DNA from: an uncultured Coxiellaceae bacterium
Lineage (GTDB): Bacteria > Myxococcota_A > Polyangia > Polyangiales > Houyiibacteriaceae
Direction: 5' to 3'
Assembly: GCA_964194675.1 (NCBI GenBank)
Contig: CAXMND010000131.1
Coordinates: forward strand, 1 to 62,228
Length of the DNA stretch: 62,228 nucleotides
Of the stretch, positions 34,501-43,255 are shown in pieces. Positions within the stretch are counted from its first letter, which is position 1. Each line of letters starts with the position of its first letter. Below the pieces are notes generated by a model. That model saw only the letters and a program-made list of their open reading frames with translations, made no database searches and was not told the DNA's origin. The position numbers and the translations under genes are program-made.

Positions 34501-36258
34501 CAGCGCTGGCCAATAATCGAGCTGCTTGTCGAAAGCCGCTTCTAGGGCATGCGTGGAGTCGGCGCCGGCTCGCCGGAGTAGTCGCGCCGCCATCGTCAGA
34601 GCAAAGGCGCCCTGAGCGCCGGTGGTGATCGCACCTTCTTCGAGCCACTGCTCGGCGGCTGCTCTTGGGTCGTCGTGATCGAGCAGGGCCAGAGCGCGGC
34701 AGATCATCGGCTCACGTCCGCCACGCTCTTTGGCGCGGGCCAACGATTCGCGCCGGCTCGTTACCCCGATCTCGTCGGCGACCTCAGCGAGGGCGAGCAC
34801 CGCACCCACTCGATCTGACGCGCGGTCGAGCTCCCGCTCGAGCGACGCAAAAAACGCGGCACCGTCTCCCATGTTGGCGGCCGCATCGGCGCGCATCATA
34901 TCGACTGCGACGCTCCGTGGCGCAGCGCTCATCGCATCCAACACGAGCTCTAGCTCGTTCCCGTCGTCGTCAGCCGCGATCAAACGTTCCCATGCCCGTA
35001 CGTAGTGCCCCAATCCGTGATCGTCGGCTTCCGCGATGACGTTCGCCTGGAGCTCGAGTCTGCTGCCGAGCTCTGCGCGCAAGCGTGCAGCGCGAGCCTG
35101 GCTCATGGCGTGCGCCTCTGGGCTCTGGTCCGTCGCTTCGGTGTCGAAGGCTTCCATTGCGGCTGGGATGTCGCCTGCGCGCGAGGCGATATCTGCCAGC
35201 GTCCACAGCGACACGAGGTCGTCGTGCCCATCGAGCTGAGCCATAGCGTCTTCACGCTCCCCGAGCGCCTGGTCGAGGATGGTCGCTGCGGCGCGACGAA
35301 GAGCGCGGGACAAGGCCGGGACTTCGGTTTGGGTGGCTGCGTTCTGGAGAGAGGTCACACAGGTTCGAGAGTCGCCAAGTTTGCGGGCGGCGCGGATCAA
35401 ACCCAGCCGCGCCGGGAGAGACGTTGGGTCTAGACCACTCGCACGCTGGTAGAGCGAGCTTGCTGCCTCCGATTCTCCCCCCTGTTCCATCAGCGCGCCC
35501 GCATGTTGGGTGAGAACGGATTGCGCGCCCGGCTCCGGCCAGACGGAAGCGGCGCTGGCGATCGCTTCTCCGGCCCGCGCGAAGTCCCCCCGAGCGATCC
35601 GGGCAGAGGCCAACAGCATGAGCGCCACGAAATCGTCGTCATGTACTCGGGTGGCCTGCTCGGCTGCGCGCTCGGCGGCGGCCGAATCACCCGTCCGATA
35701 GAGATGGATCTGGGCGAGAAGCTTGAGAGCCGACACCTGCTCCGCTGCGGCGAGATCGAGGGCAGCCTCGTTACCGAGGGCTTCTGCGGCTCCATCCCAG
35801 TCACCCCGCCGCATCGCATGGTACCGGAGGGCGCGGAGTGCAACCACGTCTCGCGCGTCGGCGTTTAGCGCCTCGCGGTAGGCCTCCATCGCGGAGTCCG
35901 CATCCCCGAGCCGCTCGTGTAGCTCGCCGGCGGCCGTGAAGAGCCGTGCGCGGGCCGATCCAGCCGCGCGCTCAGCGAGTGTATTCAAGAGTGCGATTCG
36001 GCGCTTCTTCGCGCCTTGATCATCGCCGACGAGCGGCAGCGCCTCCTTGCGCGGCGCGTGCTGGAAGACCGTTCGCTGAGCGGCCTGAGCGCCCGCGTCG
36101 TTGGGATCGGGTGGGTGCGAGACTCGCTTGCCCTGCGGCCCGGTCTGTGTGGCGACAAACGTGTCCAGCAAAGTCGAGATGCTCTCCTCGTCGAAGTCGA
36201 ACGAGGGGGCGGCCGATTCTTGTTTCCCAGTGCGCATGTCGTGCTCGTCTTCAGCCAT
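31546..36258 (-). CDS. giant TPR repeat protein (1570 aa) with a non-TPR C-terminal domain
   Basis: Ala/Leu/Arg-rich 34-residue periodic helical repeats run throughout. No signal peptide. The C-terminal ~250 aa are collinear with the C-terminus of the upstream paralog. Confidence 0.75.
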   Translation of the reverse strand: MAEDEHDMRTGKQESAAPSFDFDEESISTLLDTFVATQTGPQGKRVSHPPDPNDAGAQAAQRTVFQHAPRKEALPLVGDDQGAKKRRIALLNTLAERAAGSARARLFTAAGELHERLGDADSAMEAYREALNADARDVVALRALRYHAMRRGDWDGAAEALGNEAALDLAAAEQVSALKLLAQIHLYRTGDSAAAERAAEQATRVHDDDFVALMLLASARIARGDFARAGEAIASAASVWPEPGAQSVLTQHAGALMEQGGESEAASSLYQRASGLDPTSLPARLGLIRAARKLGDSRTCVTSLQNAATQTEVPALSRALRRAAATILDQALGEREDAMAQLDGHDDLVSLWTLADIASRAGDIPAAMEAFDTEATDQSPEAHAMSQARAARLRAELGSRLELQANVIAEADDHGLGHYVRAWERLIAADDDGNELELVLDAMSAAPRSVAVDMMRADAAANMGDGAAFFASLERELDRASDRVGAVLALAEVADEIGVTSRRESLARAKERGGREPMICRALALLDHDDPRAAAEQWLEEGAITTGAQGAFALTMAARLLRRAGADSTHALEAAFDKQLDYWPALWELEDGPSASAVRERAAAAQAALPTSSSAVAWLRASMWARSDPDRLDHAEAALDRRAPDPLLLEYLIEAAGRHSEAAGELLVLAANHFDAPPYLERAATAFQSAGFPARAAKALREAVSHQPDSETLRASCEEAEIQASEFARVADSAMRRAREAQDEDEKLGALCTMAAVDRLARGDMQGARLSLQSIAESRPDHLPTARVLEWDALREQDGERILSSAKRVLKCLPAETPERAARYRLMVEVLRSDPDIMASDIDRLLRGINDEVDPDPGLARQVLGRAYARGESETALRALAAIQTHLPSDLERGALALERAHILERMNEPERALATLDEAEGHPLALEVEARLLHAARRWEEAASLYQEAARRAKDGRRAASLWNAAASILDEKLKDPERAVNAYVAATESDITYLDVYRRLISLYRSQGRLADAEALTESRIETGADTPTLVALLLEQAGQRRERDDIEGVIESLGECLELDPNHFAALTELVETHRSQRDWQGATEALIRIVRLKRSVDEQVWAFTQLAEIYDEQLQDLPRAEAALRQVLKLAPAHDETLDRLASVLNVQGKAQEAARVLAKLVRRAGNDAEDRDYRIRLAAAIESAGQPRQAEFSLEQLRSEQPTEVDVILALADHFDRQGAVPASAMHLNRAVVDLREAIDERPEDEALWTTLVRVLNRRHGLGPASCAASAAIALGYPSSLFIGTVTENDEALGEAHLPLSTAVDRIVAPKALPPTALRLFTLCEQGLEKVLPFDAGAWGLRRLSGKQRALIEEAGLAAEGLGISEPRIRLTHASPTACMPISGDPPTLVLGANLPERTTRRERVFLFARALKIASNHLSPGLRASPEDLDAALLALLGTHEASRATRPAPPEAQELRRKLVRAVPRRWRDEVESLVLEIRGDTDFSSRSVPIAIAQLGSRIALTLTGDVPSAVNALLKVAGRELPTSAAARLAMVRETPEAWGLIRFALSDAHFEARTQAGVDP

Positions 36259-39200
36259 GTGCCCCCCACAGTGGCGACTCGGCGCCGATCCAGAAGCGCA
36301 AGAGATCGAGTGCTCGTTCCGAGGTGCGGAGCCCTTCCAGATTTGCTTTTCGGGATGGGAGAACCTCTCCGAGCGCGACGCCGATGTCGCCCGATGCCAT
36401 GAGACCCGCGCGATCGGCGCCTTGTTGGAGCCTGCGGGCGACTTGCAGCAGGGCTGTCGTGGTGACGCGAGTTCCGGAGACGAGCTCGTGCACCGTGCGT
36501 CGGACCGAGCGTGGCAGCTTGACCTCGATTCGGGCTACCGCCGAGGAATCGAACTCGACTTCACAGCGTCCCGCTCGAAGAATGCCGGCGAGCTTGGCAG
36601 CGATATCGTCCGTCGAGTTGCCGACCAGCTCGCCCGCTCCCCGAGGAACGGCCCAGGCAAGACGGCCCGCGTGAAAAACGTCGGCGTGCCCGAGCGCGTC
36701 CTTGTTCTGCGGCGACACCAACCAATCGACCTCCCCGTGGCGACCCGCTCGCGCTTGGACGGGTGTGGGAGCATCGGACAGAGCGATCGTTCCGAGCGGT
36801 GCGCCGAAACGCCGGCATAGAAGATCGAGCTGTCCGTATACCCGATCCTCGGGGCCAGCTTTTTGCCGCGAGGGCAGTCGGCCCTTCACGAGACTCGGCC
36901 CGGCGCGCAACACCACGTGTTCGAAAGTCTCGTCGGCGCGTACGTCGCCTAAGGCTCCGAGAGGTACATGATCGAACGTCGGGCGCGACCCGTGTGTAAC
37001 CTGGTCGGCGGCGACTAGTTGGAGTGCTACGAGACTAGTCTTCACAGCCGTTGCTCGCTCCGGCTGTGAACGCCATGTTGCGGCGTCCTCCAAGCCCTGC
37101 AGCAGGGATACTTCGAGCTCGCCGCGATCGATGCTCTCCCAAATTGCGCGCTCGTAGTCCTTGATGGCGGAGGTGCGAGGGGCATCCTCGAGGAGTTCGA
37201 CCAAGCTCGAAATTGCAATCCGGAGTGTTGGCTCGAGGCCCAGGGCGCGCTGGTACGCGTCTACCGCGCGGTCATCGTGACCACGAATCGATTCGAGCTT
37301 CCCGATTCGGGTGAGCGTCGATGCATCCGCCAACCCGAGATCGTCCACCGCCCGCAACTCGGCGAGCGCTTCTTCGCTCCGTCCGAGCCGGCTTTCTAGG
37401 AAGTCCGCGGCGCCGAGGTGCGCAATACCCTTTTGCTCCGGAGGGATTTTCGCCCCGGCGAGTCGCTGAAGGCTCTCTACGGCTTCGTCCCAGTGTTCTA
37501 GAGAGACGTGCACCTCGGCCGCTAGCGCCAGAGCGCCAGGATGGTCCGGCGTCGCGACGAACAGCTCGTCGAGCACCTGCAGTGCTTCCGTTCGTTCGCT
37601 GAACCCACGAAGCAGGCGCGCTCTCTCGTAGAGAAGCTCCTCGCGGTCCTGGGGACCCCCTTGCTCGAGGCGCGACGCGACGAGGTCTTGAAGCGCGTCC
37701 GCATCTTCCTTTTCGGCGAGGAGGTCGTGGAGACGTCGGAACGCGACGTCTCTGCCCGGGTCCTCCGCCAACGCTGCTCGGAACGAGTCCTCCCCCAGCT
37801 GGTCCTGGTCGAGATGATCCAACCGAACGACACCGGCTTCTTCCAGCAGGTCGGCGCGAAGCGAGCCGTCGACGAACTGGGCCAAGCGTTCGCACGCGAG
37901 CGCCACGAGTGACCAGTCCTCGGCTCGACGAGCCGCACTTCGAAGTGTTTCCCAAAGGGCCAAGTCGTCCGGTCGCTCATCGATTTCGCGACTCAGGATC
38001 GCCACCGCTTCGGCTCCCCGATCCGCGTCGACCAGCGCGCGACAGTATGCGGACTCGAGCGCGGCACGTCCCATCGCGTCGCTGTGATGAAGCCTATGTT
38101 CGAGGGAGCTTGCGCGGAAGTCAGCGTCGTCACCCGCACTCAAGGCCTCATCGATGGCTGCCGTCGCCTCGAGCTCGTCCGTTGCAAGCTCGATCGCGTC
38201 CTGCGCCAAGAGGAATAGCTCGTCCCCGGCATCGGCACCCCGGGCAATGCGCGTCGCGCGAAGCCCTTGGAGGAGTGCGCCGGCGCGAAGGTGCTCGTTG
38301 GGCGCCAGCTCGGAGAGGCGAAGCCACGCGTCTCCGGTGGGAACACTTCGCTCGAGGTCGGCGCGCCAGGCCCCATAGGCCTCGGCGAAGCCCCCAGATG
38401 GGTCTTCCGTTGCAGCGGCGGATCGTTCGAGGACGCGCTCGGCCACTCCGCGTTGCGGATCCGTAGTGAGTCGGCCCAGCACGGACAGGAGGCCGATCGC
38501 CGCTGCGATCGAAGTCGCAGGATCGTCCAGAGCGGTTTCGTAAGCTTCGGCAGCCTCCGACTCCCGGCCGGCGAAGGCGAGAGCATCCCCGAGCAGTACC
38601 GAGTAGACCTCGGGTACGCCTCCGCCGAGGTCGCTTTGCGCCAACGCGCTGTGAGCCCGTATCGTCGCGCCCGCGTCGCCTTGCCGCCTCGCGATGTCGA
38701 GAAGCGCGAGGGCCGCAGACGGGGAAGAAGGGAAGGCTTTGAGCGCGACCTCGTATGCGTGTCTCGCGGCGGTGAAATTCTCGTTCCTCTCAGCGGTCGC
38801 ACCTGCCAGTAATAACGATAATTCGTCCAACGGAGACCCCGGATCGCTCTCGGAGCGTTGGTGAGCGAGAGACACGGCGGCCTCAGGTCGTCCACTTTCG
38901 CGGAGCACGCCTTGCAGCAGCGACAGCACGTGGCCGTCGTCCGGCGCCTCTTCGAGCGCCCGGCGAAGCGCGTCCTCGGAGGACTCCCATCGGCCCGCAC
39001 GTGCATAGGTTTGCGCCGCTGCGCACAGGTGCCCCACGCGGACGTCGTTCACCGTGAGTGAAGCGAGGGTCTCGTGCGCTCGGATCAGGAGATCCGAATC
39101 ACCGCTCCAGGCCGCCCGCGCCCGCGCGACATGAGGAGCCCAGCTCTGGTGCGCCGGATCATCGACCGCCTCTTGCAAGAACGTTCGTGCTTCGTCCTCT

Positions 39201-40687
39201 GCTTCGAGCGCGCGGCGCAAGATGTCGTATTTCGAGAAGGCGACGAGCGCTCGTTCATCGGGGCTCGCACCGCGCGACAACAGCGCGTCACACCAATCCG
39301 GGAGCAAGTCGAACCGCCCCGAGAGCAGCGCCGCGCCCATCGCTTCTCGCACGATCGCGTCGCCTGCTTCGGTCGCCACGCTTGCCGCCTCTGAGTAGAG
39401 GGCCTGTGCGTGCTCTGCACCGGAAGGGTCGTGAGTGGTGAGCTGAGCCGCGTGCCAAAACGCGCGCGCGCGGTCCTGCCCTTCTTGGCCTTCGCCGAGC
39501 CGACAGAGGACGTCGGCGCGGGCCTCGTGAGCATCTGTCCGGATCAGCGTCACATCGAGTGCCGCGCGTGCATAGGTCGACCCCGGGTACCGCTCCGCGG
39601 CTGCTCGTAGGGTTTCGATCGCGTTCCCCGGATCATCGTCGGACAGGGCACGTCGAATCCCGTGTGCGACGAAACCTGGATAGTTCGGCGCCGATGCATG
39701 GAACCACTCGGACGCTGCCTGTACTCGATCCTCGCTGCCCATCTGTTCTGCCATGGTCAGTGCGCGGAGCCGGAGACCCGGGTCCTCCGGCCGGATGCGC
39801 AGCGCAGACTCGAGAAGAGCCGCTGCTCCTTCCGGGTCGTTCTGCGATTCGAGACGACGCTCAGCGGCTTCTTGCCAAACGAGGGCAGCCGTCGGCAGCC
39901 GACGCGGCCTCGGCACGGGAAGGTTGAGTGGATCGATGGGGTCCTCGGATGCTGCTGCGCGTTCGAGTTGTTCGGCCAAGGCGGCCGCGGCATGGTCGAA
40001 GACATTCCAGCGCCGGTGCTCTCGCGCCACGCGGATCGAGAGCGTTCGCGCCTGCCAACTCAACGCGTCCGATTCGCAAGCTCGCTCGAGCGTTTCGAGC
40101 GAGGCATCGACCTCTCCCGCGTCAAGCTCCGCAAGAGCCAAGTCTAACCACAGCGCTCCACGCAGATCGCGGTCGCTGGCGTGTTGGGCCTGAGCGCGCA
40201 GTGCTTCGCGAAGACTGGTCTGGTCTCCGCGCGCCTCGGCGAGCCACTCGAGGATGAGCGCGGCGACTGCGGGCTCCGAAGACTCTTCGATCGCCTCTCG
40301 AAGCAACGAAGCCCATTCCTCGGTGTTAAGCGCGAAGTCCACGAGCGCAGCCGCTCGCAGCGAGCCCTGGTGCGCTCCTGCGACCTGCGCCTCGCACAGG
40401 GCGGACACCGAGTGTCCGTTCGGTTGGCGCTCCGCGATACGCAGTCTCGCCATGAGCGCTGGCTGAAAGAGCGGGTCCATAGTTGCGGCGCGGTCGTATT
40501 GTTTCGACGCCTCCTCCGGCTGGTCGAGCGCGTGCTCGCAGAGGATGCCCACTTCGTAAAGGATCGCAGCCTCGGCCGTGGGATCGGTCTCAGCTTCGAG
40601 CTCGCGACGCAGGTTCGCCACTCGCAACTCAACCAAGTCACGCTTTCGTGTTGCCCCGGGTGGGCTGGGTGGCGGCTGTCCGATCAT
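36251..40687 (-). CDS. giant TPR repeat protein (1478 aa), paralog of the downstream gene
   Basis: Same repeat style as the downstream gene. Its stop overlaps that gene's start by 8 nt. GAGG lies upstream of ATG 40687. Confidence 0.75.
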   Translation of the reverse strand: MIGQPPPSPPGATRKRDLVELRVANLRRELEAETDPTAEAAILYEVGILCEHALDQPEEASKQYDRAATMDPLFQPALMARLRIAERQPNGHSVSALCEAQVAGAHQGSLRAAALVDFALNTEEWASLLREAIEESSEPAVAALILEWLAEARGDQTSLREALRAQAQHASDRDLRGALWLDLALAELDAGEVDASLETLERACESDALSWQARTLSIRVAREHRRWNVFDHAAAALAEQLERAAASEDPIDPLNLPVPRPRRLPTAALVWQEAAERRLESQNDPEGAAALLESALRIRPEDPGLRLRALTMAEQMGSEDRVQAASEWFHASAPNYPGFVAHGIRRALSDDDPGNAIETLRAAAERYPGSTYARAALDVTLIRTDAHEARADVLCRLGEGQEGQDRARAFWHAAQLTTHDPSGAEHAQALYSEAASVATEAGDAIVREAMGAALLSGRFDLLPDWCDALLSRGASPDERALVAFSKYDILRRALEAEDEARTFLQEAVDDPAHQSWAPHVARARAAWSGDSDLLIRAHETLASLTVNDVRVGHLCAAAQTYARAGRWESSEDALRRALEEAPDDGHVLSLLQGVLRESGRPEAAVSLAHQRSESDPGSPLDELSLLLAGATAERNENFTAARHAYEVALKAFPSSPSAALALLDIARRQGDAGATIRAHSALAQSDLGGGVPEVYSVLLGDALAFAGRESEAAEAYETALDDPATSIAAAIGLLSVLGRLTTDPQRGVAERVLERSAAATEDPSGGFAEAYGAWRADLERSVPTGDAWLRLSELAPNEHLRAGALLQGLRATRIARGADAGDELFLLAQDAIELATDELEATAAIDEALSAGDDADFRASSLEHRLHHSDAMGRAALESAYCRALVDADRGAEAVAILSREIDERPDDLALWETLRSAARRAEDWSLVALACERLAQFVDGSLRADLLEEAGVVRLDHLDQDQLGEDSFRAALAEDPGRDVAFRRLHDLLAEKEDADALQDLVASRLEQGGPQDREELLYERARLLRGFSERTEALQVLDELFVATPDHPGALALAAEVHVSLEHWDEAVESLQRLAGAKIPPEQKGIAHLGAADFLESRLGRSEEALAELRAVDDLGLADASTLTRIGKLESIRGHDDRAVDAYQRALGLEPTLRIAISSLVELLEDAPRTSAIKDYERAIWESIDRGELEVSLLQGLEDAATWRSQPERATAVKTSLVALQLVAADQVTHGSRPTFDHVPLGALGDVRADETFEHVVLRAGPSLVKGRLPSRQKAGPEDRVYGQLDLLCRRFGAPLGTIALSDAPTPVQARAGRHGEVDWLVSPQNKDALGHADVFHAGRLAWAVPRGAGELVGNSTDDIAAKLAGILRAGRCEVEFDSSAVARIEVKLPRSVRRTVHELVSGTRVTTTALLQVARRLQQGADRAGLMASGDIGVALGEVLPSRKANLEGLRTSERALDLLRFWIGAESPLWGAHG

Positions 40688-40699
40688 CCGCCGCCTCGG

Positions 40700-41461
40700 C
40701 TATCCCAGCGTCCAGCCGCCGTCTATGACCATGACGTCTCCCGTCAAATAGTCCGATTCGTCCGAAGCCAAGTATACCGCGGCCCCCGCAATGTCTTCAG
40801 GCTGACCGATGCGTTTCACTGCGGTGCGCTCGACGATCATCGAACGGAAGGCGTCGTTTTCGACGAGCGCGCGTGCGAACTTGGTCTCGATCAGTCCGGG
40901 CGCGATTGCGTTGAGCCGTATCCCCGCCGGGCCTAGCTCCATGGCCAGCGTCCGAGTCATCGAGATCACGGCAGCTTTGGTCATCCCGTACACCCCTTGG
41001 AGCGGGGCGGCCATCTGTCCCATGACACTGGCGACGTTGATGATCGATCCCTTGGCTTTCCGTTGTTGGAGATGATTCGCGACGAGCCGCGTCATCCCGA
41101 AGTAGCCTTTGACGTTGACCTCGAAGGTCTTGTCCCAAGCGCCCCAGTCGATCGTGAGCATCGGACCAAAGTGCGGATTGGTGGCTGCGTTGTTCACCAA
41201 GATGTCGACCTTGCCGTAGGTGTCGATCGTTTGCTCCAGCATCGCCTCGCGCGGGCCGTCATGGCCCACATGACAGGCAATGGGGGTCGCTTCACCGCCG
41301 CTCGCTCGAATCTTATCGGCGACTGCCTCCAAGCCTTCGATCTTCCGCGAGACGAGGACGACCTTCGCCCCCTCTTTTGCCATCTTGTGCGCGATGGCCT
41401 CGCCGATGCCACGGCTTGATCCCGTGATGATTGCCACCTTGCCCTCGAGTCGCGCGCCCAT
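40700..41461 (-). CDS. SDR family oxidoreductase
   Basis: MGARLEGKVAIITGSSRGIGEAIA (TGxxxGIG) with YxxxK-type core motifs. Start set at ATG 41461; the track ORF extends to 41614. Confidence 0.8.
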   Translation of the reverse strand: MGARLEGKVAIITGSSRGIGEAIAHKMAKEGAKVVLVSRKIEGLEAVADKIRASGGEATPIACHVGHDGPREAMLEQTIDTYGKVDILVNNAATNPHFGPMLTIDWGAWDKTFEVNVKGYFGMTRLVANHLQQRKAKGSIINVASVMGQMAAPLQGVYGMTKAAVISMTRTLAMELGPAGIRLNAIAPGLIETKFARALVENDAFRSMIVERTAVKRIGQPEDIAGAAVYLASDESDYLTGDVMVIDGGWTLG

Positions 41462-41667
41462 ACTGTCTCTCCTGGGTGTGTGGAGAGGGTATAGCGCTCC
41501 GCGGGGTGGTATTACCAGCGCGATCTTTACTGGACTTGCGTGCCGTGCGTCCTGCGTAAGACTCTGCCCTTGGCTGACTGCATCGCGAGGTCGTCCTGAC
41601 GCTGCTCTACGCAACTGCTGCCATCCTTGTCGGCTTCGTCGCGGTCGTCTGGGGTGCGGATCGCTTT

Positions 41668-42573
41668 GTGTACGGGGCGGCCAGCTTGGCGAAGGGTCTG
41701 GGCGTGAGTCGGCTCGTCATAGGCCTCACGATCGTCGCCTTCGGGACGTCCGCACCAGAGATGCTCGTTTCCGGAATGGCCGCCTGGGCCGGAAGCCCGC
41801 AGATGGGAATCGGGAATGCGATCGGATCCAACATCATCAACGTCACGTTGGCGTTGGGCGCCGCGGCGTTGGTGCGCCCGCTTCGAGTCAACTCGCGGTT
41901 GCTGATCCGTGAGCTCCCTGTGCTTCTAGGAATCATGGTCATCGCCTGGATCTTTCTCTGGAACGACGGGTTGAGCCGCGCCGAGGGCATCATCCTACTC
42001 GTCGGCATGGTCGTCTTGGTGATCTGGATCGGCGTTCAAGGACGCAAGGAACCGGACCAAGACGCGGACCCTCTTACCGCAGGCTTCAGCGCCGAGACAC
42101 CCCAGTCGTTACCGACCTGGAAGGGTCTGCTTTGGTTCGCCACCGGGCTCGCGTTTCTCCTCGTCGGCTCCCGCGCGCTCGTATGGGGGGCCGTCGGGCT
42201 CGCGCGGGGCGTGGGGGTGAGCGAGCTCGTGATCGGGCTCACCCTGGTGGCGCTCGGAACCAGCCTTCCAGAGCTCACAGCATCGATCGCCGCGGCGAGG
42301 CGGAACGAGCAGGACATCGCGGTCGGCAACGTCGTGGGCTCGAATATGTTCAACCTGCTCGGCGTTCTCGGTCTGCCGGGTGTCATCAGGCCAGATGCCC
42401 CGGTCGACCACGCTCTCGTGACTCGGGATTTCCCGATCATGTTCGGCGTGACGGTGCTGCTGATCGTGATCGCGCTTACGAACAAAACCAGTCACATCAG
42501 CCGAAAGACAGGCTTCCTATTGGTGTGCCTCTTCGTCGGCTACTTCGTCATGCTGTTCGTTCAGCCTTCGTAG
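41668..42573 (+). CDS. calcium/sodium antiporter (CaCA family, YrbG-like); true start probably upstream, see finding
   Basis: Two alpha-repeats: GLTIVAFGTSAPE and GLTLVALGTSLPEL. The coordinates given are the GTG-initiated track ORF. Confidence 0.8.
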   Translation: MYGAASLAKGLGVSRLVIGLTIVAFGTSAPEMLVSGMAAWAGSPQMGIGNAIGSNIINVTLALGAAALVRPLRVNSRLLIRELPVLLGIMVIAWIFLWNDGLSRAEGIILLVGMVVLVIWIGVQGRKEPDQDADPLTAGFSAETPQSLPTWKGLLWFATGLAFLLVGSRALVWGAVGLARGVGVSELVIGLTLVALGTSLPELTASIAAARRNEQDIAVGNVVGSNMFNLLGVLGLPGVIRPDAPVDHALVTRDFPIMFGVTVLLIVIALTNKTSHISRKTGFLLVCLFVGYFVMLFVQPS

Positions 42574-42578
42574 CTCGG

Positions 42579-43181
42579 TCAGCGCGCTCGTCTCGTCCAT
42601 ATCAAAGTCATGTTGTTCGCGGGCATCGCGACCCGCTCCTCGAGGTCGAATCCTGTTTCGTCGCCTAGCTGTTGCAAATCATCGACGTCACGCACACCCC
42701 ATTCGGCGTCGCGGGCTCGTAAGCTCTGGTCGAACACCGCGTTGCTCGGCGCAGTGTGCGCCCCGTGGAGACGATAGGGGCCGTAGGTGATCAGGTGCTT
42801 GGCTTCATCGAGAATCTTTGCTGCGCCACGAAAAAGGGCCACCGTCGCTTCCCACGGGGCGATGTGAATCATATTGATGCACACGATCGCGTCGGCGTCG
42901 GTGAGCGGCCATGGGGTTACCCTGACATCCAATTCGAGGGGAGGCCGGAGGTTTTCTCGCCCGACTTCGTCAACGCGAGCCTTGATGCTCTCGAGTGCTT
43001 CGCTAGACGCGTCGCTTGGTTGCCATCGAATTGCCGTCAGATGCTTCGAAAAGAAGCTCGCATGTTGGCCGGTTCCACTCGCGATTTCTAGCACCAATCC
43101 CTTAGAGGGCAGAGCTCGCCGGAGCACGTCGAGAATCGGCTGCTGGTTACGCTCGGCGGCGAGTGCGAAAACTTTCGTCAT
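42579..43181 (-). CDS. DUF938-type class I SAM-dependent methyltransferase
   Basis: AAERNQQPILDVLRRAL...VLEIASGTGQHASFF, INMIHIAPWE and a C-terminal MPANNMTLIW. Alternative start at 43217. Confidence 0.7.
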   Translation of the reverse strand: MTKVFALAAERNQQPILDVLRRALPSKGLVLEIASGTGQHASFFSKHLTAIRWQPSDASSEALESIKARVDEVGRENLRPPLELDVRVTPWPLTDADAIVCINMIHIAPWEATVALFRGAAKILDEAKHLITYGPYRLHGAHTAPSNAVFDQSLRARDAEWGVRDVDDLQQLGDETGFDLEERVAMPANNMTLIWTRRAR

Positions 43182-43255
43182 TCCATGGCCCGTGAACTTG
43201 CTGTTCGCGCGGTTCATAGCCCATAACTCCCCACATCGAAACGAAGCGCAGGGAT

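Noticed and set aside
42641-42660. tRNA-like GGTCGAATCC T-loop sequence
   Set aside because: It lies inside the DUF938 methyltransferase CDS. No complementary T-stem or acceptor arm surrounds it.
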